A DNA stretch of 51,528 nt, filler included, from Sphacelaria rigidula (Eukaryota): the NCBI GenBank assembly GCA_964200075.2. It is 4 parts of 4 records of this genome, joined end to end, with 100 filler letters (N's around TTAATTAATTAA, not from the genome) between each part and the next. Parts side by side here need not be neighbours in the genome. Positions count along the whole stretch, not along the records: positions 12,908 to 25,714 come from CAXNAA020003401.1; 3 more parts are not named here. The stretch is one strand, 5' to 3'. A program made the translations under genes and the position numbers. The notes beneath the pieces were generated by a model. That model made no database searches and was not told the origin of the DNA. It was given only the letters and a program-made list of their open reading frames with translations. Of the stretch, positions 12,808-22,432 are shown piece after piece. Positions within the stretch are counted from its first letter, which is position 1; each line of letters begins with the position of its first letter.

Positions 12808-12907
12808 NNNNNNNNNNNNNNNNNNNNNNNNNNNNNNNNNNNNNNNNNNNNTTAATTAATTAANNNNNNNNNNNNNNNNNNNNNNNNNNNNNNNNNNNNN
12901 NNNNNNN
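12808..12907. other. Artificial scaffold spacer (N44-TTAATTAATTAA-N44)
   Basis: 100 nt with a central 12-mer that gives stops in all six frames; identical to the other two spacers. Confidence 0.98.
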
Positions 12908-12966
12908 TTACCCCCCCCCCCCCCCACCCACCCACCCACCCAAACATACCAAACCACAAACCACAG

Positions 12967-13233
12967 ATGGTCGGAAGTGATTACGCACGTGCCATGCGGT
13001 GGAAGCCCCAATGACCCCGCCGGGCGTCTGGCCATCTCTGCCACCCTCAGCCCTATTGACGGTACCGGGCGTGTATTGGGATCTGCCGGACCCACCGGTA
13101 TCTGGAACGGTTGTCAGACGATCAGCTATAGGGGCGAGATGAAGTTCGACATCGATGACATCGCTCATCTGGAGAACCTGGGAACGCTCGAGGGTGTAAT
13201 CCTGCACGAGATGGGGCACGTTATTGGAGTAGG
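12967..13233 (+). CDS. Leishmanolysin (M8)-like zinc metallopeptidase, exon with HEXXH (5'-partial gene)
   Basis: ccacag| ... |gtaag; WSEVIT...IDGTGRVLGSAGP...GEMKFDIDDI...LEGVILHEMGHVIGVG. Confidence 0.9.
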
Positions 13234-13533
13234 GTAAGTTTTGATTTCCTTTTATTTTCCTATGTCAACCCTTTCACTTGCGGGGGGGTTTCAGTATCCA
13301 TATTTTAGTTACTGACTGCGGGTTTTGAAGCGGTCGAAGATCGAGAAAGCACGTCACGAAGATACGCCGTGACCTCAGCAACACGTGCATTCAACACGAC
13401 TACTTAGTTGTCCCGGCCCGTTGAACCCAATGTTCGGTGAAACGGTAGTCACTCATTGTTATCAGCGTTCGTAGCGCCCGGACGGATGCTTTCACTGCGC
13501 GGTAGCGCACTTCAGCTTTCTATGAAAACCTTT

Positions 13534-13788
13534 CGCAGGTCGGACCGCTCATGAGCTACCCGAAAAACTAATCGAAGAAAATACTCAGATCCGTTGTACA
13601 AAACAGAAAACATGTGACCACAATGTCCGAGAAGTCAAAGCGTTACTTTCCCGCTACACGGCGTGCTCGGCGTCCATCGCTGTCGGGAGCTAATACGGAA
13701 ATAGTAGGCAAATGAGCTAGCTCATGATCCACATCAGTACTTTAATAAGAAGTAATATCCAGGTACCTCATGACCTGTCCGACGCGTG
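13534..13788. mobile_element. hAT-like MITE with 8-bp TSD
   Basis: TIR ~CACGCGTCGGACAGGTCATGAG; perfect TSD AAACCTTT (13526-13533 / 13789-13796); second copy at 28057. Confidence 0.88.
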
Positions 13789-13799
13789 AAACCTTTCCC

Positions 13800-14175
13800 G
13801 CTGCAGGATCGCGTCTCCTTGAGAAGACAAACAAGGTAGGATTGAGGAGTGTTCGGACGTTTCGATGCCGCCTAGTGTCCGTGCGCTCGAGCCATCCATC
13901 GGTAGAAAGTGGTCATTCGTTTCGGTTTTATACCATACAAGCTTTATTGATTTTTTCTCCGTTCATTTCGTTTCCTTGTCCTGCTTGCTTTTGTCTTGGT
14001 TTCGTTTTTTATTTTATTTCGTGTCTCACTTTATTCCGTTTGTTTGCCCTATCCCTCCCCCCTTCCCTCCCCTTTTTTCTTCAGTGGGCGCTCCCATTTT
14101 GTTTGCCTTGGGTACGTCTATCTTGTGATCACGGCTGGGTTCCTTGGGAATCAGTTGATGTGCGACAACCAAGAT
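13800..14175 (+). repeat. RTE LINE 3' UTR and terminal stem-loop fragment
   Basis: Pyrimidine-rich tract followed by GGGTACGTC...CAGTTGATGTGCGACAACCAA; 5' boundary approximate. Confidence 0.7.
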
Positions 14176-14211
14176 AGGATATTACCGTACCGAAGGGAAG
14201 AATTCCCACAA

Positions 14212-14565
14212 GTGTGCTGTCGTCCCATCTATTCTTGGCGCCAGTCTACACCTTTCGGTATATGTGGGCGCACCAGCCGGGGTCATACAGGAAGAAGGCC
14301 TACGCAGTATTTGTTTATTTATTTTGTTTGATCTTGTTTTCCACCTTCTTTCTGCGGTTCTTGCCTTTATCTTTTTTATCGCAAGAGGGGTTCAGCAGTC
14401 CCTTTCCCTCGTCGACCATTAGGTCGAGTTTTGTGTCCCCACGACATAGTCCCTCTCCACTGTTGGTCAGTGTGTGAAAAAATACCCCCGATCGCTCCGA
14501 GACTGGAACCCACGACCCAACCGTCAGATGGTTTTGAGGTCACCAACCGAGCCACCGGGGCGACC
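14212..14565 (-). mobile_element. tRNA-derived SINE, family A copy 2
   Basis: Colinear with 2439-2793; candidate TSD CACAAGTGT (14207-14215 / 14572-14580). Confidence 0.85.
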
Positions 14566-14797
14566 AGTTTACACAAGTGTCGGTCGAGTACTCGTCGCCT
14601 TCTCAGATAAATAATATGTCGAGTAGTGATATGCACGCTATATTCCTTTTCAACGATTACAGAAAAATACAAGAACAAAACCCTACGGTGTAGGTGTACT
14701 CGTTCGTGGCCAACATGCCGGTTTCTGATGCGTTCAGCTCCTGCTCAGACACCACTAACTGCACCGCTGACTGGCGGTGCTCCAAACGTGCCGGCAG

Positions 14798-14937
14798 GAC
14801 TTTGTGGGGAGACTGCTCCTCCTGCCGATCGGACTCTAGCTCGGACTGGAGGTGCCCTGCTGCCGTACAAGTGTACAACGACATGAGCGGTAACTCTGGG
14901 AGCACAGCCAGAATCGTGGAGACCGATGGGACGCAAG
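14798..14937 (+). CDS. Metallopeptidase exon
   Basis: ggcag| ... |gtcag; phase 2 to 1; GTLWGDCSSC...ARIVETDGTQ continues HEMGHVIGVG in frame. Confidence 0.85.
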
Positions 14938-15449
14938 GTCAGGTTGATATTAGGCAATATGATCATTGGCAGCCAGAATACCAATCCGTCAAGCTCATAA
15001 AGTAGGAGGGATACGCCCAGAGCCCTTACGTCATGGTCGTGAGACTGAATGAGGAAACAGTGGAACGGGTGCACAAGCTTGTTTTCCTCCGTGTGTCCTT
15101 CCTTCTTAGTTTTCTTTCGTGTCCCCCCCCCCCCTCCTGATTCATGAGTTTTCTTGCAGGGCGATGTTTGCTTTGCTTGTGTTTTCCTTGAGCAGATCTT
15201 ATCTTGCTCAACCGCGGGGCTGTATTCGTGGCGGATCATTGTGAACCCAACAATCGATGAAGTCTATGAGCCAACCGTCAGTGCATCCGACGAGCAATCG
15301 GATCGTCAAAGTGTGATTATTGTAACGCGAAAATGATGGCAGCAGTCATGAGCGGAGCCAAAGCGGCCGACTCAAACCGAACTTTATGTGTCGCTGGCTG
15401 AAATTAGCATTCCATCTTCTATCGCAATTTTACATACTCCCATTATCAG

Positions 15450-15517
15450 GGACGAGATGCGGGCACTTCGATGAGGACGAGTTTGAAGACGAGCTCATGA
15501 CCGGCTTCGTATCCAAT
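15450..15517 (+). CDS. Metallopeptidase exon (third Zn ligand and Met-turn)
   Basis: atcag| ... |gtgag; phase 1 to 0; GTRCGHFDEDEFEDELMTGFVSN. Confidence 0.88.
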
Positions 15518-15820
15518 GTGAGTACTTTTTCTTTATCTCTGTTCGTTGTTAGTTTCGATTGTGTCACGGGATTCCCAGGTTGCCACGTGTTTTTAATCGC
15601 CCGCAAGGCCATCAGTCGTGAGAGCGGGAGCTCATGAGTACGTACAAACCTTGCAAGGCTCAACTGCAACCTGAATTATTCGAGGTGCTCTTACTTCTAC
15701 CGTCGGAACAGCCTCTGCATCTGTCACCCCCCACGTCCCTTACACGTTTTGTTGCAATATTGCACCCATTCCCACGCCAATGCTCACGCTTGTTCGCGAT
15801 TCTGGCTTTTTCAAAATCAG

Positions 15821-15892
15821 GGTTTGATGCCGCTCTCCAAGTTGACGGCAGCTTCGCTAGATGATACCGGCTACATTGTGGATTCATCCAAG
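15821..15892 (+). CDS. Metallopeptidase exon
   Basis: aatcag| ... |gtgcg; phase 0 to 0; GLMPLSKLTAASLDDTGYIVDSSK fits the M8 'PLS.lT.a.l.D.GY.V' motif. Confidence 0.88.
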
Positions 15893-16276
15893 GTGCGTAT
15901 TCAGTCAGTGTTGGACTTCTCCGACTCGAGGTCGTAGTGCATACGTGCATGTGACTACGTCATTGTTGGTGCTGTATAGTGTACATGCTCTTCCGCCAGA
16001 ATTCATCGGAAGCGTGTACTCGAAACGCAGTGAAAATCAAAAGTATATACTGCCATCGTGTTGCTATTGTCTTGCTTTCTGCTTCACTTTGATGTCGGAA
16101 ACTTCAACTAGCTTGGTCTGATCATGAGCAATTTGAGCGAAGTCGTACTACAGCCGAGTGGCTGCCGCTGACCATGAATCTCTCACTAACTTGGTCTAGA
16201 TCACATTTTTGTTTTCACCGCATATTGTTCTTAACCCCCGCCCCTCCCGGCGAGGGTCCCGTAGTCCCAAAGGGCT

Positions 16277-16527
16277 TGCGACGCCAGCCAGAAGAAAGAC
16301 TGGTGGATCACTGCTGTTGAGGGACTCCCCAGCCCCTCAGTTTCAGCTGCCAGCCTTTACAACATCTCATATTATTAGGAGTGACCTTCCAAGGCACCAG
16401 CCTTTCTAGATCTGCAGGTCATCATCACCGTGTCCCCGGTCATTATCAGCAATTCTTCAGAATTCCCGTGCCCCCAGCATCCCATATCATCACTACCTCT
16501 TCAACGTGACGGCGTATTTTCGTCACA
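16277..16527 (-). repeat. 3' LTR of Gypsy element 2
   Basis: TGCGACG...CGTCACA; diverged direct repeat of 21643-21902. Confidence 0.9.
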
Positions 16528-17641
16528 GCACCTCAAAAGTGCGTGACACATAGAAAACGCCAAAACGATGAGTAAGTCATAACTGAATACTAAACTCACT
16601 CGAAATGCGAGCAGCAACGGCACGAGTCACGTGCAATTTACACAACTCCTTCGCAAGAAATTCCGGAGCGGCCTCAAAAATGTCCTGGGAAGGCTCCCAC
16701 GTACGCTCGTCAACTTCTAAACCAACCCAGTCGACCAACACGATCAACGAACGATCGTCTGCTTTTGCCACTCGGACAATACCAGCCATCTGAAATTACC
16801 CCTGATAAAAAGTATGCTGGAACACGTCCTCAACGTCAGCCGTAACATTAAGCTGCGAGTCTGCATAAAAACGCAAACGAGCTACATGGGCGATCTGAAT
16901 ACAACCCGAAACAATGTTCTGAATATTGAAAACGTGCGGGTGGTGAGCACCAACCACTCTCCACGGACCATTCCACGTCGCCATCAACTTGGGCGTAACA
17001 CCCGGACGACGCACGCGTGCATACAAGACATGGTCGCCTACATCAAAATTCGGCACTTCCAGCCCCGACGAGGACCTCTCACGTCTACGCGCACGTCTAG
17101 CGGCAACACGTTCCTGCACTTGAACGTGGAAACGTTCTTGCAAGCCCAACTCCTTGCAGTGCAGGCTCAATTAGCATCGTCCAAAACATTACATTTCCAT
17201 TCCCCCGCCGACGAAGACGCCAGCACCGAGAAAGACGTCCGAGGAGCACGACCAAACATCACGTGGTACGGCGTACTATCGTACCGACGACGATACGCTG
17301 TATTGAGCGCCCATTGCACCGCCGGCAACACGTCCACCCACTCGGAAATCGCTCTACGCTACTCGAGAAGAATACAGCGAAGAGCACAAACTACTTCCTT
17401 GACCATGCTTTCGTACGTACCGTTAGACCACGGAGGATACGCCACCGCAAACTGGTGATCAACGTGCAAAGCCTCGCGCAATTGGGCGAAGATCGCATTC
17501 TTGAAATGCGTGGCGGTACCACTCACCCACACACGCGGAACCCCCAACGTTTTGCACCAATTCAGCAAAGATGCAGCGATCGTTTCAGCAGTACACACCG
17601 ATACTGGTTCCAGAGACACGAAGTTGGTCGAATCATCCATG

Positions 17642-18488
17642 GGTTGATTTGATTTGATTTGATTGTCGCACTTTAACTGACCCCCCAGGGGTCCAGCCGT
17701 GGTCTCATGATGGACGTACCCACGAAAAACGAAACTGAAACACGCTCTGAAGAAAAGAAGGAACACAACGACATAGCAGACCAAGTCGTAAAAAACAAAA
17801 GTAATAAAAAAGTCAACACAGAGCACAGAAAGAAATGGCCTACCTGAAAAAACAAAAAGGAAAATAGTTGGAGAGTCAAGAGCAAATGAAATAAAATACA
17901 ATAAAACGAAGAAAAAAAGGAAAAGGCCCAAGGCATGCAGGGCAGAAGAGTAGATACAGACACACACCAGTGGGCACCGCAGAGCCACCGACTAAGGACA
18001 TAATCAACAACCGATATGAGCATACAGGATTCTCCGATTGGCAGCCATCGACGCAGCAGCCTCTCACTTGCGACGGCGGTCTGATTCTCGCTTGTCCGCT
18101 TCCTTGTCGACTCCAATATGCCATTTGACCATGTTCTTCGCCGCAGTGATCAAATCGCATGCAATGTTTACCTCTACACCGTAGAGGAACCACTTTCGTG
18201 GGGCTCCTCTGTGCGGGACAGCCCCTAGCGCACGTAGGTTCTCCTTTGGGGTATCCTCCCATTGCTTGGGGGTCGGCCGACCTCCTTGGGTCCTCGTGTG
18301 GAAAGCCGACCGTACACGACACGCTTGGGAAGGCGTTTGCCTTTCTTCCGGACAAGGGCTCCCGCGAACCAGAGTTGACGTTTGCGGATAGTCGTCTTGA
18401 TACGTTCGCAGATGGTCATCTCGAGCACCGCTCTGTACTGAAGAGTCTTGTAGCCATTTCGATCGTTCCTGCGGAACCCAACCATTCG
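17642..18488 (-). mobile_element. 5'-truncated RTE LINE inserted in the Gypsy integrase
   Basis: RKRQLWFAGALVR...RLPKRVVYGRL C-terminus, 3' UTR and (AATCA)n tail; splits the integrase motif FRYI.VI|MDD; short TSD CCATG. Confidence 0.9.
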
Positions 18489-20808
18489 CCATGATTACCT
18501 AAATGTATCGAAACCCAGCATCCTCCGACAAACCTTGGGAAGCTAGCGGATCACTCTCGCCCACGTACAAGAAGTCAAAATGAACGACTTCATTCGGCAT
18601 GGTCCCATGGACCGTTTCGCCGAGCGGGTGGGGGGCAACATCGCCCGCCCTTGAGTCAACACAGTGTAGACACCGGCGGACAAATTCGCGCACATGAGTT
18701 TTTATCCTCTGCTAGACACAAAACTCTTGCAAGCGCACGAGTATCGCAGCCACACCACGACGCTCGGCGTCGCGCATGTGCGCGCAAATCATCAGACGTA
18801 CCTGCAACTGCTTATCAGAACTCGAAATCTACAAAAGGTTTCGGCCACGCACATGCGCACGAAACAGACCTTCCTTGTCCAAGATAGCAGTACCAACGTC
18901 CGACTCGAAAGGTTGCATATCCGCATCTTCGGCCCCAAGGCCTTTTCGTTGTGCTTGGCGGACAACAGATTTGGACGGCATCGAGTCATCAGGTTCACAC
19001 GGACCATACACAGCCACAGCGCGCACAGGCAAAGCGGAATATTCACCCAACGCGAAAGCAAGTCACCCCACGCGTTACGGTCACCCGAAATATGGTAAAC
19101 CGAGTAACGATACTGGCCAAGAACAGCTTTCCAACCCTCGAAACGTTGTGCAAATGCCTTCAACACAGACGTAACGCACGCTTCCGGGTTGAAAATATAC
19201 ACGAGATTTCGGTGATCCGTGAAAATGTGCACGCCATCCCATAAAAGATGTTCAAAACGACGAAAGGGGCTCACGATAGCAAAACCTTCCTCGTCAATTG
19301 TGGCCCAACGCAATGAATCCTTGAAATTACTTCTGAGGAAAGCCAGCGGTTCATGCGTCACATCCTCAACCGGCAAGGATATTTGCATTTCAACTTTAGG
19401 CACGGGCATGAAAAAACTATCCCATCCGCGCTCAGATGCATCCGGAAACATTAACACCTGACAATCAGGACGAGGATGGAACAGCGTCACGGCATGAGCC
19501 ACCAGATCCTTCGCTGCCGCCCACACCTGTAGCCTTCCCTCCGTCCACGATGCAGCCTTCTTCGGAAACGCTATATCTGGACTAGACCACCCCGCCTGCA
19601 ATTCCGTACCACTACCGCGAGCGCCAAAAAAGCCGCCATACACAACGATAATCAACTCGATTTCACTGGATCGTACCGCCGTGGCTTCGTCTTCGCCGCG
19701 GACGCACTAGGTTTTAGCTGAACACACATGGGCTCCACGCGTGCAGGAGGATCACCCCGCAGCGCACGACGAAACGCGTTGACGCGGCAACGCAATATGC
19801 TGCGCAGACGCTCCGCTTTTGAGACGCTGAGGCCTGTTGCCCACGCATCCATCACGCTCCCCTCCAGCGCGACCTTCCGAGCGGACTCCTCTTCCGCCGG
19901 GATCATAAACATCTCCGGGCCGCGCTCTACCGAGCGTTCCACCGCCGCATCCCGCTCCTCGGTCACCTGCTCTCGAGCCTCCTGAAAAGCACCCACCGAC
20001 AAACTCACGCGACGACTGCCCAAGAAGACGGGCGTCTGCAAGTGCGGACGAGGCGGAGACATCCGCGTCTTCATGGAATCCCACAACCGCGCATACGGGT
20101 CGACTCCAAGATCCTGAAGCGTCGGCCACCCCAAAAGAATGACCCCATCCAACCCCGGCATGATCGCTAATGAGATCGGAGACAACGGCGCCGGCCCCCA
20201 GGAAGTCGTGAAAGCCAGCTGCAGCGGAACAGTACACTCTGTGACGTAAACATGCTGACCCTACGCGGTGACGGCCTGCCACGTCCCGAGCGAAAACGGA
20301 ATGCGCAGCGGCGCATCCGGGAGAAGACGCTTCTACATCTCCACAATCTGTACCGACAGACTCACATGACCCGTCAAGTGGGCGCCAGAATCCCACTCAA
20401 CCCGAACCGCAGTTGCTCTACGCTCCCGTTGATTTGGAAGACACAGCTCCGCAGGGACGAAGTTGTGCGCAAACTTTACTGGCACTTTGTTCACCGACCG
20501 ATGCGCCGCTAATCCCACTTGACACCACGGCTGCGCAAGCTGCGCAGGCAAAGACGCCCCGGCAGATTAAAACGGCACCCCCGGCGGGTACGACCCCCAG
20601 CCAGCAGACCAAGAATTTGGCCTACCTCTGACCAGCGCATCAGCAGGCGTCGCACCTGGCACTGCTGCCGGTATCGCCAGCGGCGCCACCATCGGCGCCG
20701 GCGCAGTGTTCGGCCCTATAGAAGTCGGTCCCACCTGCACCGCTCGTTGCGGAGCAGCAGCATCTACAGCGGCGCCGAACCCAGAACCGAACTCATGCTG
20801 ACTCTGCC

Positions 20809-20839
<31 letters not shown>

Positions 20840-21642
20840 AGAACTCGACTGCAATCCTCCACCGCCGGAGGATCCGCCGCCACCACCCCGATTACCTCAT
20901 CTCTTGCTCTTGTTCTGACGATGCTGATGGCGCGCGGCATGAGACTACCCAGACTCTCCACCGGAAAACGTCGGGCAATCGCGCGCGTAATGGCCGACCT
21001 GGCCACAACAGTGGCAAGTGCCCGCCGCATGCCCAGCATGCTTCTTGATCGCCGCAACCAACTGCGGCGGGGTGGTTGTGCTATTTTTATGTTCCACACG
21101 CGAAAGCACTCTTTGCACATACATGGTACCTATTGAGCCGTCGACACTACCTGCTGTCGAACTGCACCCCCTGCGTTAGCGTGCTCCACACGCTTTCTGT
21201 ACTCCGAATACTTCGTACATAAAGTGCGCGATGCACTCTCGGAGTACCCATTCCCGTATTGGGGAGGTCGCAACTCTTCCCGCATAACCACGGGCGTCAC
21301 GCTGATCGTACTACACGAGCCGGTTGCCATAGCTGCAACCGGCTACCTGCGAACCTTTCGCAGGCCAGTGGACTTTCGCGCATTGCGCACTTCCTTGCTT
21401 CGTCGCCGCACCACACAGTCGTAGGAGCCTCCAAACTCCCGCTGCACGCAGCTTCAGCAAGTCTCCAGTCTGGATCAATCACAGGTCAGCTGCCTTTCTG
21501 CAGCCACCATCAGCTTGAACCCCCTTCACGCGTCCGTCATACTTCAGGTTGTCCACAGCTGCTAGACTCTTCCGTCGAAATCCTCCCAGCAGGTTTTGTT
21601 AGGTGCTACTTCTAGCAATCACACTAGCACTAATGTCGATAT

Positions 21643-21902
21643 TGTGACGCCATCCAGAAGAAGGACTGGTGACTCACTGCTGTTGAGGTACTCCCGGTCT
21701 CACTGGCCTCAGTTTCAGTTGTTAGCGTTAACAACATCTCATATTATCAGGAGTGACCTTCCAAGGCACCTGCCTTCTAGACCTGCAGGTTATTATCCCC
21801 GTGTCCGCGGTCATTATCCATAATTCTCCAGAATCCCCGTGCCCCCAGTCATTATCCATATCATGCACTACCAACTCGAGGTAACGGCGGATTTTCGTCA
21901 CA
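21643..21902 (-). repeat. 5' LTR of Gypsy element 2
   Basis: TGTGACG...CGTCACA terminal inverted repeat. Confidence 0.9.
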
Positions 21903-21919
21903 GGTCACAGCACCTACTA

Positions 21920-22113
21920 ATCAGTATCTAGCATGCACTTGGAACGAGCATCGGTCCACGTTAACGTTCGTCGAGTTGTTGACCGCCCTCTCTAACTTCC
22001 ACACATGTACGGACGACCGAAACTAGTAAAAAACTCTGGTACCGGGATTCGAGCCCGCAAATAATCTACCTAACACAGTGTCCCTGCACGTGCCGGTTCA
22101 ACCATCGGGATGC
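21920..22113 (-). mobile_element. Possible tRNA-derived SINE fragment (third family)
   Basis: Minus-strand A-box-like TGGTTGAACCGG and B-box-like GGCTCGAATCCC; single copy in the window. Confidence 0.3.
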
Positions 22114-22270
22114 GACGCCCGCCCGCAAGTCAAGTACTAGGTCATCCTGTCCTATTAGACAAAAGCCGATAGCCTTCCATGTATCCCCATGCCCTTGGTC
22201 TCTCCACGCTGCTCACCAAGACTATATTCCTTTTGCGTGTTCAAACGTTGCACGCTGCATGCACGGACAG

Positions 22271-22432
22271 TGTGACGGGTACGAGTACCCTCCGAATCGT
22301 GCCTTTGCCCTCAGAGCGGCCAGCGATATGGAACCATTCGAAATCACTGGGGACGAGGCCGAAATCGAGATGACAGTGCAGTACAACAATGGGGACACGT
22401 ATACGGTGCCGGGCGTGCAAATGCGCTTTTAA
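22271..22432 (+). CDS. Metallopeptidase probable last exon
   Basis: ggacag|TGT GAC GGG TAC...CGC TTT TAA; phase 0; CDGYEYPP... continues after DTGYIVDSSK. Confidence 0.7.
   Translation, partial: CDGYEYPPNRAFALRAASDMEPFEITGDEAEIEMTVQYNNGDTYTVPGVQMRF

Larger units (their letters stand above)
16277..21902 (-). mobile_element. Degenerate chromodomain-bearing Ty3/Gypsy element in the last peptidase intron
   Basis: Two LTRs; gag remnants ~20500-21330; protease (DSGA; ILLGWPTL); RNase H 19050-19530 (MFPDAS, IFTDHRNL); integrase (VHFDFLY, AYPPWSNG, WNGPWRV); chromodomain 16577-16789 (VDWVGLEVDERTWEP). Confidence 0.93.

Noticed and set aside
12852-12863. TTAATTAATTAA as a biological repeat or PacI-site array
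   Set aside because: It sits within N runs three times at identical offsets, so it is an assembly linker
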